Shown: positions 1 through 13,674 of the stretch, one piece after another | Position numbering within the stretch: position 1 is the first letter of the stretch | Layout of the letters: each line of letters begins with the position of its first letter | Assembly: GCF_006345805.1 (NCBI RefSeq) | Contig: NC_043001.1 | Coordinates: forward strand, 104,408,001-104,472,000 | Origin: Octopus sinensis | Lineage: Eukaryota | Reading direction: 5' to 3' | DNA length: 64,000 nucleotides | Translations under genes and position numbers: made by a program | The notes under the pieces: generated by a model | Databases searched by the model: none | What the model was told of the DNA's origin: nothing | The model's input: the letters and a program-made list of their open reading frames with translations, nothing else

Positions 1-559
1 TAAACAAGCCATGTTGATGGTACTTGCAAACCTGCAGACACTATAGAGAACTAGTAATGCTCCTTGGTAAAAATGCTATGTCAAAGATTACTGGTACTTT
101 TCAAATATCACTGGGCTAAAAGTTCTCAAGAACAGAGCACTTAATTTGTTGCCATTGGTATCCAGAGATTCCTTGAAGAATGTCATCAATTTACCCTGCT
201 ACTAGTTCGTTAGTTCTCTATAAATTACCAATGTAAAAATTCCACCAGTTGCATTATTCAACAGGTGGGTAGCTGTGAGCATTTGACAACATTCCTGATG
301 CCAGGCACTAACTACTGGATGCAGTTTAAAATCATACGCAGAATTTTTAGTTAGATATGAGATTGTATCAAAATATTCATGGACTAGTTCTGCAGTATGC
401 CAACAGATGGCAACACATGACTGCATGCACAGTGACAGCCAGCAATGACTTTTATGAGGCAGTGTGCCAAGTGACATTGCTGTGTTTTCCTCACAAGTTG
501 TGAAAATTGTGTTTTTGTGATCATGCGTATGTTGTAGTCTGCAATTTTTGTCAGGGACA

Positions 560-1243
560 GGAAGTTGGCACAAAGAGCTAATGTGAAATTTTGTGTTGAA
601 CTTGGGAAGTCTGCTACAGAGACTTACAGTGATGGCAAGCTTACAGTGATGGTGAAACAGGCCATGCGCAATGTTTCAAGTGGCACAAGCACTTCTGAAG
701 GGATGACAGAGCTACATCTCAATCAAGAGCATGTTCATCATTTTGTTGATATATATGGTATTGTGCATTGAGAATTTGTCCACCAGGGCTGGACCATTGA
801 GAGTTCTACTGCAACATTTTGAAGCATTTGAGGGAGAACACTTCACACAAGAAACTGGATCAGTAGAGCGTTAAGAATTGGATCCTTCACGACGACAATG
901 CACCCTGTCACTGAGCTCTCCTCACTCGTGTGTGTCCCACCAAAAATTGCTTCTACACCTGCCCCATTGACCAGATTTAGCACCTATGGACTTTATCTCT
1001 TCCCCAAGATGAAAATGCAGGTCAAAGGTCACCGTTTTTGAGATCAAGAGCGAGTTGCAGAAGGTCCTCAAGTTGTTAATGGAAAACGACTTCCAGACTG
1101 GATTCCAAAAGTGGTAGGAATGCTGGGATCAGTGTACTGCAGTGCAAGTTGACTATTTTGAAGAAGGTGATGTTAAAACTTTGGTAAATAAGTTATATTT
1201 TATTAAACATAACTAGTCTGGGAACTCTTTGACACCACCTTGA
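560..1243 (+). mobile_element. Degenerate, internally deleted mariner (Tc1/mariner) transposon
   Basis: QRANVKFCVELGKSATET (mariner N-terminal HTH), WILHDDNAPCH at ~879-911, PDLAPMDF..FPKMK at ~972-1015; multiple stops and frameshifts. Confidence 0.8.
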
Positions 1244-1459
1244 AAATAGAAATATAATGGTGTAATAAGCTAAAGTAGGACTTACTGAAGTGGAAATACT
1301 GAATATACAATTCATTATCTCTTACATCAACCTTGCTAGGGATTCTCTTGCTATTTTCTGCTTATACATCCTTATATCATTATCATTTATACATCAATGT
1401 CTTCTCATTTAATTAAGAATAAAAATGAAATTTAAAAAAGAAGTTATGAAATTATTTAC

Positions 1460-1524
1460 TTAGCTTCTCTTTTGAGAATACCGTTTGGAAGGTTACGTAT
1501 CTCCTCTGCAAAGTCTCTATATTC
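1460..1524 (-). CDS. Long exon B9 (65 nt): [21 protein letters not shown]
   Basis: cttttctag acceptor, gtaaat donor. Confidence 0.83.
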
Positions 1525-4500
1525 CTAGAAAAGTTTACAATAAAAACATTTGTTGTAAATTTATGATAAAAGTTTTGTTTAGGTGTTCAAATTGATGTGG
1601 GCTGGTGTGTGGGGCGAGTTGTGGAGATGAGGAATGAAAATATGTTTCTTGGATTGTGTGAAGTAACTGAACAACACCCACAAACATTTAATAGAAGATT
1701 TTATTGTCACACATTAAGTCAAAACTATGTTAGTCTTTTCCAGATAACAACAGTAATAATTACATATTGGGAGAAAGATACTGCTCAGAGTTTATGGCAA
1801 GCCATTGATACAGTAACATGTGGCTTGCCCAACATAACAAGAAACAATTATGCTATATCCATAGTGACAGAGGTTCCTGCCATCTGATGTGATAAGAATA
1901 GAGACACATCTCACTCAGCTGTGTCAACATTCTGCAATTAATTACTGCTAAAAGAAGCCTTTTTATAAGGCTCAGATTAGCTTCATGCTCTTGCTTGATG
2001 GAGCTGGGGTAATTCCAAGTTAGTGGTCTCAGGGGTGTTATCATGCATACAGCTGTCCAGGTCCACTAGTGCTCTCCATTGTTGGTAGTCCTGTGTATCC
2101 TCTAGGGTGATGTCAAGCCTCTAGAGATCTTCCCCAGTCACATCCAGCCATCTTGTGCGGGGCCTGCCACAAGGCCTCTTCCAGCCCACAGTTGTTGTGT
2201 CAAATGAGACTAAAGCTCTGATAGGATGATCTAGTGGGAGATGGAGGACATGTCTGTACCAGTGCATACAATGGATAGCTATGAGGAGAGAGGCTGCAGA
2301 CTAATGCATGCACACATGCAGTTCTTTGCTGTATATGTGATGGTACCATCAGATGTTCTCAATGGTTCTCAGGGCTCTGCAACTAGAGCTGTTGATCCTA
2401 TTTGCTAGGGTCTTTGAGAGAGGCCACATTTCTGCTTCATAGAGGGGAGTGGAGAGAAGACAGAATCACGTAATGACTTGACAGTAATTGGTTGCTTAAT
2501 AGATCAATCATGTGAAATAATTATGATTCAGTCATAGTGTCTGACTGGGTATCCAGAAATTTGGTTTCAAATCCCTGGCAGAAAAAAAAAGCAATGAGTT
2601 GACATTAATAGTTCTATTTTCGATTGCTTTGGACTATTCAATGAAAGTAAACATTATCTAACTTACAGAAACACTTCAGTTGTTTTGCTTCTTGATGTCC
2701 ATAATAACACCAAGTGTGGCATGTTAGATTCAAAAGAAGACAGGGAAGGAATACAAAAATAATTCCAGAATGTATTGTTTCAAACAACTATGTGGGTTAC
2801 GAAAACTAAAATAATCATTTTCAACATTAACTGGCACTTTGTTGGTAATAATAAGGGTTCCAGTTGATCTGATCAATGGAAACAGCCTGGTTGTGAAATT
2901 AATGTGCAAGTGGCTGAGCACTCCACAGCCACGTGTACCCTTATCGTAGTTCTCAGGGAGATTGAGCATGACACAGAATGTGACAAGGCTGGCCCTTTAA
3001 AATTCAGGTACAACCCATTTTTGCCCACTGAGTGAAGTAATGTAATGTGAAATAACATATCTTGCTCAAGGACATGATGTGCTGCTGGGAATCAAACTCA
3101 CAATCGTAAGCCAAATACCCTAACAACTAAGCCATAAGCCTTTGCAATTTCTAACATGTAGCCACAAACTTTGTAGGTGTGACATAGTCTTCGTATGTGT
3201 CCACAGTACTTGATTTGTACATAATCTATGAACCTTGAAAGGATGAAATGCAAAACTGACCTGTGTAGGATCTAAAAGGAAAAGGGATGTAAATGGTCTG
3301 TAAGTAAACAATGACATCCGAAATAATAAAATTGAATAGGATACATTAAAGAAACAATGAAAATCTTTCCCTTTGATTAACTTCAACCAAGAAATCAATT
3401 TCTCTTTCATTTAACAAAGTCAACAGCCATAGCAATAATAGATGCAAAAAGCAAAAGATGATTGCTGCTATGGTTACATCTGTCATAAACTAGTTGCATT
3501 GTTCATATAGGAACTTGTTGCCAGTTCATATTCGAACCTATAAGAAGGCCACCTTATTTTGTCATAGAGAAAATCCCTCCCTGTAGACAATAGGTGTAAA
3601 TACACTGAGTCAGCTCAGAGCCCCATAACCAGACTGCAGGATTCATGCATTTTCAAGTGGTTATCTCCTCCTCAGCAACAGAGACTAGAAAGGTAGATAC
3701 TGAACACTGACACAAGAGACAGGTCCCTCTTAGAATATTCCCATCACCATTCAACAGCTCCTCATAAATAAAATACAGGGTGACAATGTAAAGCAGTGAT
3801 GTCACCTCATATGTTAAAATAGGGTTCACCCTCCCACCAAGCAAATATCTGATAAACCTAAAATGACTGTTAAAAACTTTGGCTTGATAGGGAGATAAAA
3901 CAGATGTGAAGTAACTAGTCTGCAGTTAGTATGCTTGTCTATTTCAAGTTACATTACCAAATAACCTATTTTCAACAGTTACAGAAACACAATATGCTAC
4001 CTTGTACAGAAATAAATTAATAGTATGAACTAACCTTCGTTTTGCCAAAATACTCATTCACAATAGCACTGCAAAAGAAATAAATAAAAACACATTATTA
4101 TCATTATCATCATTTTTATGTCTTTAGACAAAGAGAAACATCATAAGATTATAACTTTTTGTACCATTAAATTTCACCTTTGGACTTGAATTTTAAGATT
4201 TGAATCTAGATTTGGACATCATTTCAATTAGTTTCATCTGAGACTTCATTAGGAGTTTTATTTTGGCTATATACACAGTATCAAACTAATGGTATTTGTC
4301 TCTCATCGAAGACAGTAATATTGAGTATGTCAATACTGGCCTTACCAATGCTAAGAGGAAGAGGTACCGAATCTTTGATTCTCATTAGTTTTCCACTTTT
4401 GAATAATGAAAACATTCCTTAGAGTTATATTTATTGACACACACACATCATATACATACACAAACATGCACACACCCACACACACACACACACAGAGTCA

Positions 4501-7449
4501 CAAATACACTCACTCCTATTATCTCTCATCAATAAAAATATACAAATATATTAAGAACTTACTAAATAACTTTGTAAAAATGATTATCAGATAAAATACA
4601 CACACTTGCAAATTCAAAAAGTATGAAAATAAAATCCACAATCAAGTAACAATATTGTTACACAATTCATATACTCTTATATATATGCACACACATATAA
4701 GTATTTTTTTTAAAGTTTGATTTTGATTTTGATTTTGATATTTCCAGTTTCAGCTCATGAGCTGTGGCCATGCTGGGGCACCGCCATTTGGTTTGCTACA
4801 TGATTTTACCTCACGAATGCTTTTTAGCAACTGCCATTTGGTGCATGAGAGAGTTCGATGCAGCTGCCCTCATCTGCACCTCCTGCCGTCAAGTTGGTTC
4901 ATCCGGGACACCTGACAGGAATAGATCCAGTCCTACTTTAAAGACATCCGCATCTACACCATGCAGGTCCCTCAGGTTCTTCGGGAGGATATTGAAGAGC
5001 TGTGGGCCTCTGAAGCCCAGGCTATCACAGTATCTTGTCCTACATCTTGATGGCAAATTTGGAGTCCTTGGTACCACGCAGTGGCGCCTGGTTCTGTCAT
5101 TTGTGTGACTCTCGATGCCAAAGTTTGGGACAAGTCTTTCCAGGATCTTCCAGATGTATATTATGGCATATCTTTCTCGCCTACGCTCCAAGGAATAGAC
5201 TTTTAATCTCTTGAGTCTTTCCTAGTAGCTTATATGCTGCACAGAGGCTATCTTTGTGTAGCTTCGTTGGATCGCCTCAAGTTCTGTGATCAACTTGACA
5301 CTGGATGGTGACCATAGCTGAGAGCAATAGTCAAAGTGGCTTAGGACAAGTGTCCATCCGGCTCAACCACTCAAATGTGGAAGTGATATAAACAAACAGA
5401 TTGAAAGCAGTGAAAAGTCCCGCCTAAAAATAAAACTGTTGGAAATTGAAAAATGTCTGCAACTCTCACATGAAAAGGAAAGAGCAGACAAAGAAGCCTG
5501 GGCTATAGACAACATAAAATCTAACCCCAGAGCTTTCTACAGGTATGCCAAAGAAACAGCTATGGTGCACTGTAGGATAGAGCCACTCCTTGAAAGGGAT
5601 GGCACACTCACAGGAAATCCAATGAGGGTAAGAGAAATACTAAATGAGCAATTCAAGAGTGTTTTCACCCCACCCCTTGGGCATTTCCAAATCAGCAATC
5701 CAACTGACTTCTTCACCACTGCAAATATGGGGTCAGAGGCGGCGATGATTGATTACATCAATATAAAGGAAGACGATGTAATAAAGGCTATAGATGAGAT
5801 GAAAACAAACTCAGCTACTGGCCCCGATGGATTCCCGGCAATCCTTCTAAAAGTATGTAAGAGAGTCTTAGCGAGACCACTGCAGTCTCTCTTTCAGAGC
5901 TTACTTGCAACTGGCAAACTTCCAAGAAAACTGAAGGAAGGTAAAATATGCCCTATTCATAAAGGAGATAGCAGAGCGGAGGCCAAGAACTACAGACCTA
6001 TCTCTCTGACCTCACACATCAGCAAGGTCATGGAACGAATAGTCAGAAGAAAACTAATCACCTTCCTTGAAGAAAATGATTTGCTGCCTGACACCCAACA
6101 TGGTTTCCGACCAGGAAGAAGCTGCTTAACTCAGCTCCTACAACACTATGACTGGGTGCTGAAACAGCTGCTCAACCACTCAAATGTGGAAGTGATATAT
6201 CTCGACTTTGCAAAGGCCTTTGATAAAGTTGATCATAGAATGATATGTCACAAACTGCGTGATCTTGGCATAGTTGGAAAATTGGGAGAATGGCTTCATG
6301 ACTTTCTGAAGAATAGAGGTCAGGTGGTAGTAGCCATTAACACACAAATAGTGAGTGGTGTTCTGCAGGGCACTGTTTTGGGACCACTACTGTTCATAAT
6401 GGCCCTCTCAGACATGCCCTCAGCCACGCAGAGAGCCACGATCAGAAGTTATGCAGATGATACAAAAGTTTCACAGGCAATACAGAACCCTGAAGACACT
6501 AAGCACCTGCAATGTGAGCTGGACAAAATATACAAGTGGGCTGAAAAGAATAGCATGCAGTTCAATGCTGAAAAGTTTCAAGCTTTATGCTATCAGCATG
6601 CAAAACTGAATGCAATACCAAATGAATACACTGGACCCGGAGGGATTGCAATCCCAGAGGCACAATCAGTGCGTGACCTGGGTATTCACATGAGTGATGA
6701 CGCGACCTTTCATGTACATGTTGCTAAACTGGCAATGAAATGTAGACGGCTGGCCGGATGGATTCTTAGAACCTTTAGAACAAGAGAACAAGAAACCATG
6801 ATGATCCTCTGGAAGACACTTGTCCTAAGCCACTTTGACTATTGCTCTCAGCTATGGTCACCATCCAGTGTCAAGTTGATCACAGAACTTGAGGCGATCC
6901 AACGAAGCTACACGAAGAAGATAGCCTCTGTGCAGCATATAAGCTACTGGGAAAGACTCAAGAGATTAAAACTCTATTCCTTGGAGCGTAGGCGAGAAAG
7001 ATATGCCATAATATATGTCTGGAAGATCCTCGAAGGACTTGTCCCAAACTTTGGCATCGAGAGTCACACAAATGCCAGAACCGGGCACCACTGTGTGGTA
7101 CCAAGGACTCCAAATTTGCCATCAAGATGTAGGACAAGATACTGTGATAGCCTGGGCGTCAGAGGCCCACAGCTCTTCATTATCCTCCCGAAGAACCTGA
7201 GGGACCTGCATGGTGTAGATGCGGATGTCTTTAAAGTAGGACTGGATCTATTCCTGTCAGGTGTCCCGGATGAACCAACTTGACGGCAGGAGGTGCAGAT
7301 GAATACAGCTGCATCGAACTCTCTCATGCACCAAATGGCAGTTGCTAAAAAGCATTCGTGAGGTAAAATCATGTAGCAAACCAAATGGCGGTGCCCCAGC
7401 ATGGCCACAGCTCATGAGCTGAAACTGGAAAAATCAAAAATCAAAAATC

Positions 7450-7480
<31 letters not shown>

Positions 7481-8066
7481 TATATATATATATACATATA
7501 TACACATATATATATATACATATACATATATACACATATATATATATATACATATACATATAGATATACATACACATACATATATACATATACATACATA
7601 TACATATATACATATACATACATATACATATATATATATACATATACATACATATATATATATACATATACATACATATATATATATACATATATATTGG
7701 TGTTGAATGGATATACTATTAAATTAGTATCTAATTCTCTCACCCTTATTAATTAATTATATATACATATACATACATACATATATATATATACATATAT
7801 ATATACATATACCTACATATATACATACATATACATACATACACATATATATATACATATACATATATATATACATACATATATACATACATACATATAC
7901 ATACATACATATATATATACATATACATATATATATACATACATATACATACATACACATATATATATACATATACATATATATATACATATACATACAT
8001 ATATATATACATACATATATACATACATACATATATACATACATACATATATACATACATACATAT

Positions 8067-8116
<50 letters not shown>

Positions 8117-8908
8117 ACATACATATACATACATATACATATACATACATACATATATATATATATATATCATCATCATCATCATCGTTTAACGTCCGTT
8201 TTCTGCACTAGCACGGGTTGGACGGTTCGACCGGGGTCTGGGGAGCCAGGGGCTGCTCCAGGCCCCAGTCTGATCTGGCAGTGTTTCTACAGCTGGATGC
8301 CCTTCCTAATGCCAACCACTCCGCGAGTGTAGTGGGTGCTTTTTACGTGCCACCTGCACAGGTGCCAGAGGGGTCTGGCATCGGCCACGATCGGTTGGTG
8401 CTTTTTATGTGCCACCGGCACAGAAGCCAGTCCAGGCGGTGCTGGCATCGGCCACGTTTGGATGGTGCTTTTTATGTACCACCGGCACAGAAGCCAGTCG
8501 GGGTGGTGCTGGCATCGGCCACGTTCTGATGGTGATTTTTATGTGCCACCGGCACAGAAGCCATTCGAGGCGGGGTTGGTATCAGTCACGTTCGGATGGT
8601 ACTTTTTATGTGCCACCGGCACAGAAGCCAGTCGAGGCTGCGAGGCGGGGTTAGCATCGGTCACGTTCGGATGGTGCTTTTTATGTGCCACCGGCACAGA
8701 AGCCAGTCGAGGCTGCACTGGCAACAGCCACGTTCGGATGGTGCTTTTTATGTGTCACCGGCACAGGTATCACAACTACTGTTTCCATTGATATTTGGTT
8801 CGATGTTCATGTACATGCACTTGACTCAACAGGTCTCCTCAAGCACAGTGAGATGTTCCGGGATCCCACGATCGGTTGGTGCTTTTTATGTGCCACATAT
8901 ACATACAT

Positions 8909-8962
<54 letters not shown>

Positions 8963-9389
8963 TATATATACATATATATACATATATATATATATATATT
9001 AATAAAAGGAATTCCAGCCTTGTCTGATTTTCACGTTTTATTTACAATCTTATAATGATATAAGATAATATAATATAATATAATAAAATAAAATAATAGA
9101 ATGTTAAATGTTCATTCTGATTGAACTAGTACTTTCATGCATTAAATTCTGCAATCTGCAGGTTCATATAGTAGTGGTGACAGTCATGCTTCACAATTTT
9201 TGACTGAAAGTATTAGTTCAATCAGAATGAACATTTAACATTCTATTATTTTATTTTATTTTATTTTATTATATTGTATTATCTTATATTATTATAAGAT
9301 TGTAAATAAAACGTGAAAATCAGACAAGGTTGGAATTCCTTTTATTAATATATTCTTCTATACACAATTGCACACACCCGTATATATAT

Positions 9390-9445
<56 letters not shown>

Positions 9446-9511
9446 TTATATATATATAATACACACATATATATATATATATATAATATATATATATACA
9501 TATATATATAC

Positions 9512-9555
<44 letters not shown>

Positions 9556-12500
9556 TATATACACACATATAATATATATACACACATATATATTATATTA
9601 TATATATATATATATATAATATATATACACATATATATATATACACACACATATATCATCATCATCATCGTCGTTTAACGTCCGTTCTCCATGCTAGCAT
9701 GGGTTGGACGGTTCGACCGGGGTTCTGGGAAGCCAGAAGGCTGCACCAGGCTCCAGTCTAATTTGGCAATGTTTCTACAGCTGGATGCCCTTCCTAACGC
9801 CAACCACTCCGTGAGTGTAGTGGGTGCTTTTTACGTGCCACCTGCACAGGTGCCAGGCGGGGCTGGCAACGGCCACGGTCAGATTGTGTATTTTATGTGC
9901 CACCGGCACGGAAGCCAGTCGAGGCGGTGCTGGCATCGGCCACGAGTCGGATAGTGCTTTTTACGTACCACCAGACCAGGGATCCTGGCTGGTTCAATTC
10001 GATTTCGATTTCGCTTGCCCCACATGTCTTCACAAGCAAAGGGGGTTGGCAAGGGTGCCTGTCGTACGGTCGCATTGGAGTATTTTACGTGCCACGGCCA
10101 CGAGTCGGATAGTGCTATTTACGTACCACCAGACCAGGGATCCTGGCTGGTTCAATTCGATTTCGATTTCGCTTGCCCCAACATGTCTTCACAAGCAAAG
10201 GGGGTTGGCATGGGTGCCTGTCGTACGGTCGCATTGGAGTATTTTACGTGCCACGGCCCCGAGTCGGATAGTGCTTTTTACGTACCACCAGGCCAGGGAT
10301 CCTGGCTGGTTCAATTCGGTTTCGATTTCGATTTCGCTTGCCCCAACATGTCTTCGCAAGCATGGGGGGTTGGGATGGGTGTCTGTCGTCGGATGAGGTT
10401 CTATATCGACTTCGCTTGCCTCAACCGGTCTTTGTGTCCAAGGGAGGAAAGGCATTCATAAGTGGGCTGGGCTCACTTGTCCTGCCTGGTCTTCTCACGT
10501 ACAGAATATTTCCAAAGGTCTCGGTCTCTGGTCATTTCCTCAGTGAGGCCTAAAGTTCGAAGGTCGTGCTTCACCACCTCGTCCCAGGTTTTCCTGGGTC
10601 TACCTCTTCCACGGGTTCCCTCAACTGCTAGGGATTGGCACTTTCTCACACACCTATCTTCATCCATTCTCGCCACATGACCATACCAGCGCAATCGTCT
10701 CTCTTGCACACCACAACTGATGCTTCTTAGGTACAACATTTCTCTCAAGGTGCTAACGCTCTGTCGAGTATGTACACTGACATTACACATCCATCGGAGC
10801 ATACTGGCTTCATTCCTCACGAGCTTACGCATGTCCTCAGCAGTCACAGCCCATGTTTCGCTGCCATGTAGCATGGCTGTTCGTACACACGCATCATACA
10901 GTCTGCCTTTTACTCTGAGCGAGAGGCCTTTAGTCACCAGCAGAGGTAAGAGCTCCCTAAACTTTGCCCAGGCTATTCTTATTCTAGCAGTTACACTTTC
11001 AGCGCACCCACCCCCACTACTGACTTGGTCACCTAGATAACGGAAGCTATCAACTACTTCTAGTTTTTCCCCCTGGAAAGTGACGGAAGTTGTTTTCTGC
11101 AGATTTTCGGAGGTTAATGCTCCCGAGCATCTGCCACATACAAAAACTATCTTCCCAGTTAGCCTACCTTTGACATTGCTGCACCTCTTATGTGTCCATA
11201 GCTTACACTGGGTACATCTTATAGAGTTTCTACCTACACCTTTTCTACAGATCGAGCAGGGCCATCTTCCTGAAGATATTTGTGGATTGTCTACCTTTCT
11301 ACTTATTAGTACTTTGGTTTTAGCTAGGTTGACTCTAAGGCCCCTTGATTCTAAACCCTCCTTCCACACCTGGAACTTCTCCTCCAGTTCTGATAGTGAC
11401 TCAGCAATAAGAGCAAGGTCGTCAGCGTAGAGGAGCTCCCAGGGACAGCCTGTCTTGAATTCCTCCGTAATTGCCTGGAGTACTATGATAAATAGGAGGG
11501 GGCTGAGTACTGAACCCTGGTGGACCCCAACCTCTACTTTGAATTCTTCTGTGTACATGTTGCCAACCCTCACCTTACTTACGGCATCTCTGTACATGGC
11601 TTGCACAGTCCTCACCAGCCATTCATCTATCCCTAGTTTCCTCATTGACCACCAGATAAGGGATCGGGGGACCCTATCAAAAGCTTTCTCCATGTCAACG
11701 AAAGCCAGGTACAGGGGCTTATCTTTGGCTAGGTATTTCTCCTGCAGCTGCCTTACCAGGAATATAGCATCAGTGGTACTTTTTCCTGGCACGAACCCAA
11801 ACTGCATCTCATCTAAACTAACTCTCTCTCTGATTAGTTGGGCTATGACCCTCTCCGTAACCTTCATTACTTGATCCAACAGCTTGATACCTCTGTAATT
11901 ATTTGTATCTAGGGCATCACCTTTACCTTTGTAGCAGTTGACTAGTATGCTGCTGCACCAGTCATTGGGTATGACTCCTTCGTGTATCACCTGGTTGACT
12001 ATACGGGTGACTAGGTTATAGCCGACACTGCCAGATATTTTGAGCATCTCTGCAGTAATTCCTGATGGGCCTGGGGCTTTCCCTGTCTTCATGCTTCTAA
12101 TTGCCTTAGCTACCACGGAACTATCAACTCGGATAGCTGGTCCCTCTGTAGGGTCAACATTCGGCAGACTCTCTTTATCCCATTCATTTTCCTCATTCAG
12201 TAACCTTTCATAGTGGCGTCTCCAAGCTTCTCTCTTTGCATCCTCATTTAGCGCAAGTGAACCATCCTCCATGCGAACACATTTCTCTCCTACCACATCA
12301 CGATTCTCTCTCACACACTGTCTTGCAACACGAAATACCTCAAGTCTTTCATCCTCACGGCGCAGGACATTGGCAAATTTTCTCTTATCTGCTTCCCCTC
12401 TGGCTAGATAGACCTGTCTCCTAGCTTCCCTTCTGGCAGTCTGATACCCTTCCCTGCTACCACCGTTCTTCCAGGCCTTCCAAGCCTGTTTCTTTTGTCT

Positions 12501-13605
12501 AATAGCCCTGTCAACAATATTGTTCCACCACCACGTTATTTTGGGTCTTAAGGGGACTTTGCACCAGCCACAGATCTGGTCAGCGGCTTTCAGCAGGTTG
12601 TTCCTCAGAAACGTCCAGTTGTCTTCTACCCCATGTGTAGCTATACCCCCTTCCACTTCGTCAAAGGCTTCAAGTAACATATCTCTAAATCTCTGTCCAT
12701 TCGCAGGGGCTTTAAGCTTCCAGACCCTTCTTCTCCATGTTGGTCGTCTTCTAGTCGCCCTCTTAGTCCTGATCCTAAAGTCACTAACTACCAGTCTATG
12801 TTGTGGGGTGCATTCTTCGCCTGGGAAGGTTTTGGCATTTTTAAGCAGCCATCTTTCCCTTTTTCTGGCAAGGATGTAGTCGATTTGGCTAGTATGCCGG
12901 CCCGATCGGTAGGTGACCAGGTGGCTTGTTGGTTTCCTGAAGTTAGTGTTGCAGACCATAAGACTATTCGCATCGCAGAACTCCAGCAGCCTGGTTCCCT
13001 CCTCGTTGCGGGAACCATAACCGTAGCCTCCATGTACGCCATGGAAGCCCCCAGCATGTCGTCCAACATGCCCATTGAAATCACCAGCCACAAAGAGAAG
13101 GTCCCTGTCGTTCGTCGATGAGGTGGTCTGCAGTAGGGTGTCATAGAAACTGTCTTTCTGTCCATCGGGTAGCCCTGGCTGAGGGGCATAGGCCGATATA
13201 ATGGTTGCTAATCTATTATGAAGCACTATTCTAATCTTAAGTATTCTGTCACTTACTCTGATTACCTCAATTACTCTATCTATCCATTTCTCAGCGATAA
13301 TTATACCCACGCCACCAACCCCGTCAGTGTTCCCTGCCCAGAAAATCTTGTACCTGTGTCCCTTGCCTGTGAGGACCCTAGCAGATCCTCCTCTCCACCT
13401 TATTTCTTGCATACAACATACATCAACACGTCTCCGTTCAAGCATCTCGACTATCTCGCCAGACCTACCTTTCAATGTGCCAACGTTGAGGGTGCCTACC
13501 CTGAGGGTGTGGGAGGTGTGGGCCTCTGAGACCCTGGGATGAGGGGCCGCAGTGTTCTGTACCTGAAAAGATATATATATATATATATATATAATATATA
13601 TATAT

Positions 13606-13674
<69 letters not shown>

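Noticed and set aside
1-45. Possible acceptor (gtctgcag|G) for the next short exon after B9
   Set aside because: No pyrimidine tract or paralogous flank, the translation does not fit the repeat, and it is cut by the window edge.
7401-8185. Many YI/HI/MYV-rich ORFs (also ~9345-9668, 13465-13736, 47689-47903, 52266-52597)
   Set aside because: Translations of (TA)n/(TACA)n microsatellites, not genes.
8390-8770. Regularly spaced ~35-bp repeats with variable intervening sequence, superficially CRISPR-like
   Set aside because: The spacers are homologous to each other, the context is a eukaryotic retroelement 3' end, and there are no cas genes; it is a minisatellite.
10720-13542. Several 100-140 aa plus-strand ORFs over the RTE (and mirror ORFs at 48286-49698)
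   Set aside because: Antisense shadows of the retrotransposon ORF.
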